Below are positions 40,612 to 54,619 of a stretch of DNA of 64,000 bases, in pieces. The translations under genes were made by a program, and so were the position numbers. The stretch lies in contig OX597822.1 in NCBI GenBank assembly GCA_951406725.2, forward strand, positions 70,804,001-70,868,000, given 5' to 3'. Source of the DNA: Octopus vulgaris (lineage: Eukaryota). Position 1 is the stretch's first letter. Every line of letters starts with the position of its first letter. The notes under the pieces are model-generated. The model ran no database searches. It saw nothing but the letters and a program-made list of their open reading frames with translations, and had not been told where the DNA came from.

Positions 40612-41343
40612 ATCCTTTCTACTGGAGGTACAAGGCCTCAGATTTATGGGATGGGGACTAGTCGATTACATCAGCCCCAGTATTCCACTGGTACTTAATT
40701 TATCGAGCCTGAAAGGATGAAAGGCAAAGTTGACCGCAGTGGAACTTGAACTCAGAATGCAGCAACAGACGAAATGTTGCTAAGCATTTTGTCCAGCTTG
40801 CTAACAGTTCTGCCAGCTCACCACCTTTTCCATAATAATAACAATAATAGTTTCAAATTTTGACACAGCACTAGTAAGTTTGGGAGAGGGAATAAGGTGT
40901 TAAAACTGATCGCAGTGCTCAACTGGTACTTATTTTATCGACCCTGGAAGGATGAAAGGTAAAGTCGACCTTGGTGGCATTTGAACTCAGAAATTTAAGC
41001 AATCAACCATAAAATTTCACGCATGTACGCACACACGTATGCATGCGTAAGAAATGCTGCTAAGCATTTTGTCCTGTCCAGTAACCACTCTACCAGCCTG
41101 TAATAATAATAATAACAATAACAATCCTTTCTATTATAGGCACAAGGCCTGAAATTTTGGGGGAGGGGGCCAATCGATTAGATCAACCCCAGTACACAAC
41201 TGGTACTTAATTTATTGACCCCCCCCTGAAAGGATGAAAAGCAAAGCTGACCTTGGCAGAATTTGAACTCAAAATGTATAGACAAACTAAATGCTGCTAA
41301 TGCATTTAGCCTGCTATGCTAACGCTTCTGCCAGCTTACCACC

Positions 41344-41345
<2 letters not shown>
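40612..41345 (-). mobile_element. Array of three SINE family A copies on the minus strand
   Basis: Reverse complement of the family A unit (gaaaggatgaaaggcaaag...ttctgccagctcacc), separated by (AAT)n. Confidence 0.85.
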
Positions 41346-41389
<44 letters not shown>

Positions 41390-41889
41390 TGAAAGTGAAA
41401 GTGGTAGATTTTTTTATGTTAGTGCAAGATAATAGATTTGTAAGTGAGAGCAGATGGATGCACTCGACCTCAAAAAAAAAAAAGAATAAAGTAAACAGCT
41501 GGGTTTTTTTTAAACCCAAGAGATAGAATAGTAGTATTGGTGCTGACAGGTTTTGAATTTGTGACATGAAAAAGCATAACTAACTACTAAAATACACTCA
41601 TTCTGGCGTATTACCTTTCTGTCACAAATAATAATAATAATAATAATGATACTTGTATAAAAATCACCCTTCAAAACTGAAGAACAAGGTAACTTTTGAA
41701 GTAATAAAACTACTGGACAGAGTAATAATTAGAAATTGACATCAAAGTGTGTACGTGTGTGTGCATATGTTATGTGTGTGTGTGTGTGTGTTTATGGTTG
41801 ATAGCTTTAATTTTTATCTGAAGCCATTCGTTATATAAAGTAATGGACTAATTGTTCAGTTTCATCGGAAGTCTACTGAGGAAAATTTA

Positions 41890-41920
<31 letters not shown>

Positions 41921-43939
41921 TTTAATAATAATAATAACAATAATAATAAAAATGATGTTGGAATATTCAACTTTGAAACAAGTCATATGATATTTAATCT
42001 TGGAATCATTATCGTCGACTACAGAGCTATCACCAGTAGCATAATCAACATCATCGTTATTGACAAATTTTTCACATTTTTTTGTTATTTTAATTTTTAA
42101 TTATTTTCATATTTAAAAAAAAATATTATGCCTATAGATAAGAGAAAACAGAATAATGTAGGAAATATCATCTTGGAAGATGCTTCTTTTGTATTATCAA
42201 TTATAGAAAACACATGCTTATACACACATATACAAACATGCACATGCACACACATATATATGCATCTGTGTATAATCTAGTTTTTTTTTTTTGCACGCAC
42301 AAATGTGTGTATGTATCTATATATGCATGCTTGTATGTAGACACATGCACCTATGAGTATATGCATATACATACACATATATGTATATCTATATGTGTGT
42401 GTACTATATCCATATCTATCTATCTATCTATATATATATATGCAAATATATGTATTGTAGTTATGTATTAGTGTCTGTGAGTCTCTCTATATATGAATGT
42501 GTGTGTGTGTGTGTGTCTATATATATATATATTCACAAGCAGACAAACCCACAAACATACATACATATAAATAAATAGATACATATATGTGTGTATATAT
42601 ATATAGAAATACATTTATTCACAAACAGATAGATACACACACACCAACATATAGATAAATACATTCATATATATGCTTGTATGTATGTATGTTTTGCACG
42701 TATACATATGCACACACATATCGCATGTAATGTGCATACACAGGTATGTAATATACTCTGTGTGTGCATTATTGCTAGGTTACATGAAGAAAAATAAAAG
42801 CTGTGTTCCCTACTTTAATAAGAAAACATACTCCAACCTGTCTTATTACCTTTCGAGCCCATTAGTGTGATGCAAAAATGAAAGAGGTAGGGGTAGTGCT
42901 TTTTTAATTTGTCTTAGCTTTCATTTACATTTTTTTTTCAAGTAAAAGAAAATAACATAAATAAAATAAAATAAAATAATTTGATAAACCCTTAGATTTT
43001 ATGAAACCTCCATTATATCCATTTTGTTGCTCTGTTTCCAATTTGTATCTATAGTGAAATGTAAGATGTACAATTTTGTATATTGTAGAACACCCACACA
43101 CATATGTATGTATCAATGTATAATTATGGAAGTGCATACATTTACATGTGTATACGCATGCACATGTGTGTGTTTTATGTATTTATTTTTGTATATATAT
43201 TCAAATATATATATATATATATTCATTGGTGTGTGTGTGTGTATATATGTATATATATTTATGTGTGTGCATATATATATATATATTTATATGTGTGTAT
43301 ATATTTATATATATGCATATTTCTATGTGTGTCTGCGTGTTTACGTATGTGTGTACACTCATGCTCACAATTTTTTTTTAATTATTTGATATAGTCAAAT
43401 TGAATTCTGCAAGTATTTGAAATAGTTTTAATCATGCCTGTTAGCTATCAGTATTGGGGAAATGTAAATTATATATATATAAATATATATGTAAAAAATA
43501 AATTAATAAAATAAAATGAATGACAAGAAAAAAAAAGAATAAAAAAACAATAATAGCATTAATAATAAAGGAAAATCCTGCAGGTTTGCGTGTGTCATTA
43601 AATCTTATGTTATTAGGCTTCTATTAGAGCTTACGAGGTGTCTCCTTGACGTTCTTTTTAATGAACAGAACTCCCTGCTACAGCTTTTATAATCCATATC
43701 TGATAGAAGTATGTCGTTGACGCTGAAGAAGTTTGAAGAAAGGCAGATATCTTGGGGTTTTTTTTTTTGTGTTTGGTTTTTTTCTTCTGCTGCAACTCTA
43801 ATTGATACAAAGTAACTTTTCAACTGATTAACTTTTTTTTTTCTTATTCTTTTCGTTTACTTATTTTTTTGTATTTATTATGAAAATATTTTTATTTATA
43901 AGCAAATACTAATAAAACCTTATTTCTTAGTTAGCTTCT

Positions 43940-44025
43940 TTACATACTCACACACACACATATATATACATGTACATATATACATATACATACATATATA
44001 TATACATACATATATATATACATAC

Positions 44026-44088
<63 letters not shown>

Positions 44089-44330
44089 TATACATACATA
44101 TATATATATATACATATATATATACATATATATATACATATATATATACATATATATATACATATATATATATACATAGATATATACATATATATATAAA
44201 CATAGATATATACATATATATATATACATATATATATAAACATATATATATATATACATACATATATATATACATATATATACATATATATACAAGTTGT
44301 GTGTGTATATATATGCATATGTATATATTT
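43940..44330. repeat. (TA)n/(CATATATATATA)n microsatellite
   Basis: Direct reading. Confidence 0.95.
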
Positions 44331-45605
44331 TTTAATCATTTATCTCAATGATTTGCACAGTTAGAATTGATATAAACTATCTGATTTTACTCTTCACCTC
44401 CCATGGTGTTCCTTCCATGTGGCATCTGCAGAAACTACTCTTTACCTGTTTAGATTTTAGCTATTATATTACAAGATCAAAGGTAAATAGGCAGACCAAA
44501 GACTGTTCACATTTCTGTTCAAGGCATATATATATATATATATATATATAATGTTATATACATACACACATGTGTGTGTGTGTGTCGTTTGTTTATGACC
44601 AAAGAAGTAAGAGATGTGTACAGGGTTGGGAGTAGAGGAAAGTATCTTTTTAATATCACATCATGTATACAAATTGCTGACGTTATTGTACAAAGCTACA
44701 TTTTGCAGCTTACCAATTACTCTAAATAGCTGTGTACATTTTTACATTAGCTGCTTATGCATAAACTTGTGAGAGCTGCACCACTCCTGATCTGTCACTG
44801 TGAGAATGTAGTTTGATGTAGAAGGAGTGTGTGTGTGTGAATGACAATATTTTCAACATTGCTACTTAATGACAATATATTTCATAAAGTGGACAGGAGA
44901 AAGTTGCTGTTGCTTCACTGAGCATATGCTAAGACATGTCATAGCTGACTACACACACACACACACACACACATTCACAGAACTTCTATACTAAAGTTAG
45001 ATTCACTGATTTTATTGCATCAAACACAACTAGCTAGGATCAATATCCCCTTTTTTTATTATTATTATTATTGTTGTTGTTGTTATGGTTATCTGCCATA
45101 GTTACAATATTGTATGTTTTAGTTGTTATTTTTCTTATTTTAAATTTATACCTGTCTTTAGACTGTACTATGTATTTTTTTTTCCACCAGTCTATCCCTG
45201 ATGATAAGTGCTGTGTGTGAGTGTATGTATCTGTGAACTTTCATCTTCTTAGCATCACATCCACTGAAGATGGCAAAAATTACTTGCATCAACACCCACA
45301 CAAACACCAGAGTGGAACAATAGCATGAAATCAATGTTATATTTACCGCACACACACACACACACGTGTTTGTGTGTATATTTTTAACTTATGGAACTTC
45401 TAAAACCGTGTGTGTGTAGTTTTAGAAGTTCCATAAGTTAAAAATATAGTACTATGCTATAAGTTATCTGCACAGATAATATTTGGCATGTATAGGATGA
45501 TATTTGAAATTAAGAAGCTGGACAAAGCCTTTGTGTGTATATATGCATTAATTTATATATAGTATAAATATATACAGAATCATTGACCCTATTTTGATCT
45601 GTTAA

Positions 45606-45820
45606 CCCTTTAGCATTCAAATTATTCTATCAAATTTAATGCTTATCATTCACATTGTTTTGAATTAATCATGCATTATCTTGCAACTTTGAGATTTTCA
45701 CGATGTGATTGCTTATTTTTAGGACATTGTAGGGTAGGTGTGACAGGTTGAATCTGGCTGGTTTGAGCACAAGATAGGGAGAACATTTGGCCAGATATAG
45801 CCAGTTTGAATGCTGAAAGG
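45606..45820. mobile_element. piggyBac-like MITE
   Basis: TTAA on both sides; TIRs ccctttagcattcaaa / tttgaatgctgaaagg. Confidence 0.75.
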
Positions 45821-45869
45821 TTAAACATTCACCAAAGTCTATCTAAATTTAAGCCATATCTTTATTTAA

Positions 45870-46216
45870 GGCACAGGAGTAGATGTGTGATAAGTAGCTT
45901 GCTTACCAACCACATGGTTCCGGGTTCAGTCCCACTGTGTGGCACCTTGGGCAAGTGTCTTCTACTATGGCCTCAGGTTGACCAAAGCCTTGTGAGTGGA
46001 TTTGGTAGGTGGAAACTGATAGAAGCCCGTGATATATATGTATATATATATATTTATGTATGTGTGTGTATATGTTTGTGTGTCTGTTTGGCAAAAGAGA
46101 CCGATAGAATAAGTACTAGGCTTACAAAGAATAAGTCCTGGGGTCGATTTGCTTGACTAAAGGCGGTGCTCCAACATGGCCACAGTCCAATGACTGAAAC
46201 AAGTAAAAAGTAAGAG
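45870..46216 (+). mobile_element. SINE family B (internal deletion)
   Basis: Head and tail match 3281-3667. Confidence 0.85.
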
Positions 46217-46598
46217 TATATCAGTTTACTTCAAAATTGTAAGGTACATAAAGAGTTTGTTTTTTTTGTACACATTTATTTGATTGTTAGTCTAAGGAAG
46301 AGAAGACATACCTGTATATTTTTTTATTGTATTCTCTGCCTTAAGACAACAGTGCTTTAGGCTAATTCTTAAAACAGTGCCTAATTCAGTAGCCTTGATA
46401 ATGTCTAGTGCCTACAGAATTTGCTATACTTGGCAACTGACCACATAATTCATGGTACTAGTGGGGTACAGAGAATTCTAGTAAGGATTTGTTATGTGTG
46501 CCTGTATGTACATACAGAAAGGAGTGAAGGGCAAAGGGTGCTCTAAATGTAGTGGTTTTGTGTTCAATATTACTATGTACTCAAGGATACTGCTTCAA

Positions 46599-46847
46599 GC
46601 ATTGGTTCTAAAACCTTGGGGGTTCACGTAGGATTTTGTTGTTAAAATTTCTGTACAATAAACTGGTCATACTTCTACAGTACATGAAGTATTTTAACTG
46701 GGTTTTATATATATATACAATTTCTAATAATATTTGATTCTAAAAATATAATAGGGTTTTTTAACATTAAATGACTGTGAGGGTCCAACCAAGTACAACA
46801 GAAATCAAAGGGATCCATAGACAGAAAAAACAGTTGAAAACCACTGG
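46599..46847. mobile_element. Degraded hAT-like MITE
   Basis: Ends cattggttctaaaacc / gttgaaaaccactg resemble CAGTGGTTCTCAAC TIRs. Confidence 0.45.
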
Positions 46848-46898
46848 TTTAGAGAGCCATCTGGGTTGAAAAATTATGCTAAAATTAGGTTGAAGGTT

Positions 46899-46980
46899 TT
46901 GAAATGGAATAAAAATTATACTAAATTGAAATGGCATAAAAATTATATTAAATTGAAATGGAATATAAATTATACTAAAA
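46899..46980. repeat. 27-bp minisatellite, 3 copies (ttgaaatggaataaaaattatactaaa)
   Basis: Direct reading. Confidence 0.85.
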
Positions 46981-47199
46981 TTAGATTACAGTTTTTGCAA
47001 TGTACAGATATAGTTGGGATGGCGAGGCAGTTTATTGTTTAGGGGCCATGGGATGTGTAATATCCTTTTCTCCCTTGAAAGACTTTTATTTTTTTAGTGA
47101 ATATCTCAGCACTACTATTGGTAAATCTCATGGGACTTTCTGAAGTACAAACATTAATCCTTTTGTTACCACATTGCTAATGAAAAATTTAGTAAAAGT

Positions 47200-47600
47200 T
47201 TTATCAGTATCAAACTGGTGTTGCAATTTGGGTTTTTTCCTGTTTCAAACATGGTTCTGACATTCCATGTTTCCAGCCATGTTGTTGTCCTTAGCAAGAG
47301 AAAGTTGTTCCAGATTGTAACTTCCTTTTGGCTTTCACTACAATGCTTCATACACAACCTCCAAGGGATACCTTTCCTTACCAGGACTGGTTTCATATGT
47401 TCTCTTGGCATAATGGTGAAGATCGAATAGTGCAAGGCTGCTGACCCTCCACCTTCTGTTGTATCTGTGATTAGAATTTGGTCTTTGAGTACTTGAAATT
47501 ACAATAGAACCCACTAGATTCCAGTGAAGAAGAAAAGAACTTGTAACTCGTTTTACTTGGATAAGAGTTATATTATCATAATCAGCAAAAAACAAAACTG
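47200..47600 (-). mobile_element. 5' region and ORF start of an RTE-clade LINE fossil
   Basis: The minus-strand ORF contains TWNVRTMFETGK, the N-terminal APE endonuclease motif typical of RTE elements. Confidence 0.6.
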
Positions 47601-47777
47601 TTCATTAGACCAAAAAACCCAAGTGAGGACACACACACATGGAAAAAAGACTGACTTCCAGGGATGTAGCAGATTGAATGCCACATTCACGTGCTAAAAA
47701 TCTATTGGTCATCTTATCCTTCCTCACCCAGGCTTGGAAATGGCTATGGTAGAATTTTTCTTTGGTACTTGAACCCT

Positions 47778-48155
47778 TTATTACCTCCACCTTAGTGAAG
47801 GTGGAGGTATTTTTTTCCAGTTATGTTTGTTTGTTTGTCCATGGACAAGATATCTCAAGAACTACTGAATGGATTCAGATGAAATTTTCAGGGATGTTAG
47901 TCCTCATGACTAGCACAAACTGATTAGATTTTTGGATCAATCCAGTACCGCACAAGGATTCTGGATTATATTTCCTGTTTTTTTTTTTTTTAACTTAATT
48001 TTTGAGATCAGTTGGGTTCATTTTTAGTATTCTCGTTTGTAAGAGCAGTCGAGTTTATTTCAGATATTCTCATTTTAAAAATCATCTCTGGCTAATTGTT
48101 GAGAGGACTTTGGTTTTGCCTTGGTGGAGATTTGTGCTTTCTTAGTGCTCTTGTT
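47778..48155 (+). mobile_element. Helentron/DINE-1-like non-autonomous element
   Basis: ttattacctccacc...ggtggaggt 5' hairpin, (GTTT)n tract, 3' subterminal ccttggtggaga plus short stem-loop, T-rich insertion site. Confidence 0.65.
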
Positions 48156-50659
48156 GGTTACAGGACATTTCTGTTGGTCACTTTGCCTCTGGTTCTTAGT
48201 ATTTGCTGTAGCCCTACCACTTTCATTTTAGTATGTGACACAATCCTTTTTGGTGGAAGGTTTCGTATTGCATTACTTGTCTGCTGCATAGTGTCTAGGT
48301 TTCACAGCAATGAGTGAAAGTAGGCATGACCACTGCTTTGTGTACAGCTAGTTTCAAGTTGACAGCAAGACTTTTATTAAAAGATTGATAGTATAAAGAA
48401 TTAAGAATGATCAATATTTTTTGTTGAATGTTTGTGTGTGAAGCGAGAGAGCTGTTGGAAGTTAAAAACTAGTCACTGAGAGCAATGCCTTCACATGTGT
48501 TCACACACACAATATGCAGTCTTTCTTCTTGTCATTAGTCTGACATGCCTATTTTCGTTTGTTCTAGTCTTTTTTAATCTGGTGTTGTCCAACATTTACA
48601 GATCTAACCCAGTCACTTTTCCTTGTTCTACCTTAGTTTCTCTCTCTCTCATTGGTACTTTTCATTAACACCTGATGATACTTTAATCATCCAGCAGGTG
48701 TCCACGGTGCAATGCCTCAGCATCACACCACTTTATAAAACTGAAGGAAATAACACTTATTAATCAAAGGCTCCAGTCTTTATAAAAGAGCCATCTACTT
48801 AACATAACATTGATTCTATATGAGGAATTTCTCTTTAGGCCTAAATTAGCTCCTTGATTTTCTTCATTAAGTTAATTGCAAGACATTATGCACTGCATTC
48901 GACAAATTAGTCCTGTAAAAGACATTGATGTTGACCTGGTAAAGTATTTAATGTTGTGCCGTAGTTGCAGCTGCTAAATACCTTCCATTATGTGAGCATT
49001 CTAATTAGATAATTTCTTGCACCCAGCTAATGGCTACTTCTTAGTGTTTGTAGTAAGAGTTGGACTATGTATGATGGTAGGTCATAGCTTTAAACCTAGT
49101 TAGACAATCAATAATTACTTACTCAAAGACAGCTTCTTCTACTTCACTGAGATGTATCAAGGATGGTATCTGGTCTTGAAATGAACACCCCATCTCCACC
49201 AACAGCGTATGCAAATCAATCTATATATCCTATGAATCCACGTTAGTGTGATAAAAATAAAAATAGGAGAGAGCATCTCTCCAATTCCTCCTTCCCCTCC
49301 TGATTGTAAAATAAAGAATGTGAAACAGGTGCTTGCAACTTCATCATTATCATTTCATGTGGACTGTGATGTCACATATACAAACAATGTTAATAATTGC
49401 TTCAAATAATTTCTCTTCTTATTTCTTTTATGAGCTATGATGGCTTCATAAATATCTCTATTTGCATATTGTTTGTCAGTGCCTGCAGGACACAAGATAG
49501 CAACTGTAGCAAAGTCATATGGCACAGACTTCTGATCAATAAGGCCAGTGCTTTTAAAAGCTCAGAGCTACCCAAACTATTGAACATTTTGTTCTTTATC
49601 CCATTTGTTAGCTCTGTCTAAAATTCAAGAAGTTGCAGATTGTTAAAAGCTGTACAGAGCAGTCATGGCTTTCATTGAGTTAAGAATTGGTTTTGGCAGT
49701 CACTGTTTGAGCAGCGTATTGTTAGGTTTACCAACTTTTCATTATTCACTTGATTATAATTCACAGCACAAATATACATCCTGACTATTTTGAAATGGGA
49801 ATGATTGGACTAATATCCAGTTTTTGCATTTTTCGACTCTTTCTTTCTTACTCAATCCAAAGGTCCATTTAAACAGGTTGTTCTTACTTTATTATCAGAT
49901 GTTGAGATTCTGCTGAATAGCATTTATCCAATCTCTATTCACCAGAATTAAATTAACATTTAAAACCAGCTGTCATTGATGGCTGTATTGTTCATTTGCC
50001 ATGTGTTTCAATTTTGAAGTTCATGGAACCATAATTACCGAGTGTACATGTTTGCAATATCCCTTGCAGCTAAACGCCCTGGTCCAACTTAGAAAATACA
50101 ACTCTTCCACTGTGAACATGTGTAATCCATTTCTAAATAAATCATGCAAATGTGTATGAACTTGTACATAATATTTATCTTCATGTGTATGCATTTGCAT
50201 GTACATGCACATACATACTATATGTGTCTGTGCACACATACATAAACACATTTATATGCCTGTATATATATATATATATACACACGGACATAAAAGTGTG
50301 TATGCTTATGTATGTATAAGCATAAAAATATGTCTTTGTGTATATAATTACATATATTGTGTGTGTACATGCATATATGTTTATGCCCGATTATATCGTT
50401 ATTATGTTAAACTGTTGTATGTCCAAATGTGTTTTTCTCAATATTTATCTTTGCTTGCAATAGCCGGTTCTTTGGTCAAACTATTGTATCTCCAGCTGCT
50501 TCAGATGCCAAGATATCAAAAGTTGCCAAAATGTAGTACAATGGTTGTACTATGGAATGGTGAAGCTATTTTTTTCATTTTCTGAAAAAGCAACATCTTG
50601 GACTTACAACACTTTTGCATAATAGCAAACAATATATATATATGTGTGTGTGTGTGTGT

Positions 50660-51700
50660 GTTGAAGCCTCAATAACAGAGGGATTGAGATTCTTAGCTAC
50701 CAATCTTGTTCCATTGAACAGACTCTGTGAACGCAAGTCATACAGGAACATATCATCTTTTCCTATTTTCAGACCTAGAAGGTGTAGGTGGACTCCTGGA
50801 AGTTTCAGTAAAATTAGAAACTTGTTTAGGTTTTTGAATGCTTTAAATGGATCAAGAATTTTGTCAGTTGATATATATAACAATGGCCATTACGAGGTAG
50901 TTATTACAAAAAGTTGTGTATTGGTGATATTGACAAGACTGTTGTTTGGAGTTGATATTGTTCTTTTCTTTGACCACCTGTGGTTCTGGTAGTTTTCAGA
51001 AAGGTCTGGGGAAAACCATTTCTTTCAGTTCAGCAACAGATGATACTGCTATCATCTTTTACTTGTTTCAGTCATTGGACTGCAGCCATGCTGAGGCAAC
51101 ACCTTAAAGGGTTATAGTCAAATAAATTGACCCCCAGGACTCATTATTATTATTATTTTATTTCTTCTAAGTCTGGTACTTATTCCATCAGTCTCTTTTG
51201 CTAAACTGTTAAGCTATGGGGATGTAAACAAACCAATACTGACTGTCAAGCAGTGGTGGTTAAGACAAACTCACACATTCCTGCACACACACAAGATGGG
51301 ATTCCACATAGTTTCTGCCTACCAAATTCTCTCACAAAGCATTTGTCAGCCTGGAGTTATTGGAGAAGACACCGAAACCGTATGATTACAAAGTGAGCTT
51401 CTTGATCACGAAGCCATGCCTGTTGTTTGCATATTGGTTCTTCCTTGTGCATCGAATTTGGTTTTTCCATTGCTTAATTGCATTATCTTGTTTTGCAAAT
51501 TGCACGGATAATTAACCTCCATCTTGATGGGCTCTCATGTTGGTGAATAAATGTAATTTTGCTACATTTTCCCCAAAATGTGATATTGCTCACTGAAGCC
51601 TGAATTTCAGTTACTTGTGGACCCTTTGGAATAACAATCAATGTTTGAGTGTAATCTCCATCCAAAATCAAAGTAATTAATCTTGTTATCCTTTTGTTTT
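50660..51700 (-). pseudogene. Decayed Helitron Rep/Hel PIF1-like helicase fragment, interrupted by a SINE
   Basis: Minus-strand pieces: LILDGDYTQTLIVIPKG (GDFRQ motif); VF-DLSENYQNHRWSKKRTISTPNN; FLILLKLPGVHLHLLGLKIG...LFNGTRLVAKNLNPSVIEA. Confidence 0.8.
51055..51423 (-). mobile_element. SINE family B inserted in the Helitron fossil
   Basis: Reverse complement of the family B tail and body. Confidence 0.75.
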
Positions 51701-51705
51701 CAAAT

Positions 51706-51935
51706 ATGGCTGTGTGGTAAGAAGTTTGCTTCCCAACCACATGGTTCCAGGTTCAGTCCTGCTGCATGGTACATTGGGCAAGTATCTTCTATTATAGCTG
51801 CAAGCTGTGAATTTGGCAGATGGAAACTGAAAGAAACCCATCATGTACTTAGCAGTTTAGCAAAAGAGACTGATAGAATAGGAACAAGGCTTAAAAATAT
51901 AATTCATTTTACTAAAATCTTCAAGGTGGAGCCCC
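51706..51935 (+). mobile_element. SINE family B, deleted copy
   Basis: tggctgtgtggtaagaagtttgcttcccaaccacatggttcc...ggaaactgaaagaa. Confidence 0.75.
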
Positions 51936-54165
51936 AGCAGATCGTATATAACATCAGATCTTACTTGGACACATATATCTTTGACTTAACTGAGTGAAGA
52001 ACTCAGCACTGATGTGTGCATTGGCAATGTTTTACAACATTGGGCAGCACGGTACCACTTGTTGATAATAAATTTCAGTGCAAATACTGTTTCTCCTTTT
52101 CATCTTACCTTCAAATTCTTCACCTTTAGGTTTGCATCTTCTGTACAGTGGACATGCATCTTTTTTTTTTATCAGCTTCTTGGGTTCCTCTTGGTGCATC
52201 TATTATTTTATTTTCATAAATCTTGTTAGATATTTGAGCCTGTATTATTGAAAATAGAAGCTGTCAGCTTCTTCTGAAATCTCCATGGACATTATCTATT
52301 TAATATTGGGTAAACATTGTACATATTATGAAAACATTATCTAAAATAAGTATCTGGGAGGTGATGGCAGTGGGGGAATAATGTACACTGAGGTACCTCC
52401 AACCCTGATCTAAAGAAGTTGGATCTTCTGATTCAATTAGGACCATAATTTTGTATATTCTGGTTGCATCTAAATAACAAAATTACACGTAATACATGTA
52501 GCTTCTGGTTGCCATCATATTTGAATAAATACTTATTAATCCTTTTCACTGTTATCAGAATGGTGTTTCTTATGGATCAAGTGTCATTCTCATTGCCTAA
52601 GGAGACTTTCTGCATTTTGTGCAGCTAGAATATGGATAATGTTAATGCAATTAATATAGTTTTTTTTTTTTCGTTTGTATAGACAGAAACAATATGTGTT
52701 ATCTCTTACCTCTTTTTGTTTTTTTTACTTTTCCTTCTACCAAAGCTTTACTCATTGATACACACATATTACCTGATAATGTGATCATCAGGTAATGTAA
52801 GAGATCATGTGAATGAGTGGGGAGTTTTTTTAAAAAATTTTTTATATTTTATTTTATTTTTTTTACCTGATAACTGAAGCATCTGAACTGTAGGATGATG
52901 AAGTAAATATCAATTACCAGTGCATTCCATAGACTCTCTTACGTATTCTAGCTTTAACCCTCTCCAAAGCACCATTGTTGGTTTCTCCTGAGTGATAAAC
53001 ATAAGTGATTTGTTAATAGCTTTATTCAGTTAGCTTGAAACACAACAATTGCAAGCCTTCGTTCGTTTCAGTTGCTTGCTGTAAAAAATCATAATGTCTA
53101 TCGAACTTTGAACTCTGACTGAATTTAAACATTAAAACTCTCATCAAATATTGATGTGTTAGGCTTGAAAAATCTTTTATAATTTATCAGCCATTATGGA
53201 AATAAATAAATAAATAAATGAATAAACGGTGGGTGGAAGAGAGGAAAAAAAAAAAGAAAAAGAAAAAGAAGAAATCTGCAGCGTAAGATTATTATTACAT
53301 TTAAGCAATTAAATTTATGATTCTATTTTGGCTAAATCAAACTTTAGTTTGAAATCATTGGGTTAGAAAATCTTTAAACAGATTTCACTATTGAAGTAGT
53401 AATTATATGCAATTAAATATAAAACTGGTCCTCATAATCCTTTGATTTACTTCTCTGCAGTCTACATGATAAATTGTTTATATTAAGATATATCTCCCTC
53501 CTGCCATCTCACCGTCCTGCTTTCTAAGACCTTCTTCATAACATTTGGCAAAAGGTTTCAGCTAATGCCTCCCCTCCTCTCTCTCCCTCTCTCTCACATA
53601 TACATATGTGCATACACTTATACACACACACACATATACATAGAATCTATTTCTAAATGTGAAATTTGCAGATTTTACTTCCACTGATCAGATCCTCCAA
53701 CATCCGTCTATGTTATCGATAATTTCTTCACCACCTGCTACCCCACTGTTATTATGCTCTCATTGTAAACTCATTTTATATTGCTTTTTGTTTGTTTGTT
53801 TTGATCTTTTTTTTTGTTAATATTTTCATGTAATCAATAAGTTTCTTTTTATCACCTCTCATTTCGTCGTCTGTACGTTTGTGTTTATTTGTTTGTTTAA
53901 TTATTTTTTTTTTATATATATATAATATTGAAATTTTAATTCATGCTATTGTTTGTTTGTTCATTTTTGTTTTAATTTACGACATTGTTTGTTTATTTTA
54001 ATTTGATATCGTTGTTGTTAAGTTTTAATTTCTTTCAGTATAGTCACAAATTGTTCCCATCCTGTTTCTATAAATGTTTCTATTTCGCTTAGATATTTCA
54101 TCTTAATTGATTTCTTGTCTGTTCTTATTCATTTCTCTTTTTCTCACTTCCATCTCTGTCTACAG

Positions 54166-54244
54166 ACCCAGGGTCCAATAACTCCGCATACTATGGTCAT
54201 TCTTCCTAACACAGATGGCTTACAGCTGCTCCTCTGCTACGACA
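54166..54244 (+). CDS. msn: Internal coding exon of misshapen/mig-15 (MAP4K4/TNIK/MINK1 orthologue), CNH domain: TQGPITPHTMVILPNTDGLQLLLCYD(N)
   Basis: Polypyrimidine tract and tacag acceptor; A|gtaagt donor; 79 nt, phase 0 to 1. The peptide matches the GCK-IV CNH motif recalled from TNIK ([25 protein letters not shown]) and fly Msn (MQLLLCYDNEGVYV). Confidence 0.96.
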
Positions 54245-54581
54245 GTAAGTATAATCAGCTTCCTTGATAATAATATTTCTTTTCACACAAAATACTAATT
54301 TTCCTTTTTAATATTCAGAATCTTTGGTTTTCTTTCACCTCTGGTACCGATAAATCAGAAGTGTAAATCTAAGAAAATTTCTTGAGAAGACCACATTTTA
54401 TTTAACACCCTGCCAATACTTATAGATGCACACACACACACACACATACATATATATATACCAGTTCATCTCTAAATCTATGTCTTATCTTTTCTATTGA
54501 AGCTGATATAAAGTTATGATGTATGAAGTTTGGGTGGCTTTTTGTCATGTTAGCCATTAATTGTCTGTTCACTATATCTGG

Positions 54582-54619
<38 letters not shown>

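Larger units (their letters stand above)
1..54165 (+). other. Giant intronic region upstream of the TQGP exon, probably split by the 66-nt cassette exon
   Basis: No sequence encoding the preceding CNH segment (KPYHKFMAFK...GFHAIDLD...PSH-like) was found by eye in the window. Confidence 0.75.

Noticed and set aside
52895-52991. C/D-box snoRNA-like ATGATGA...CTGA
   Set aside because: No terminal stem or recognisable rRNA antisense element.
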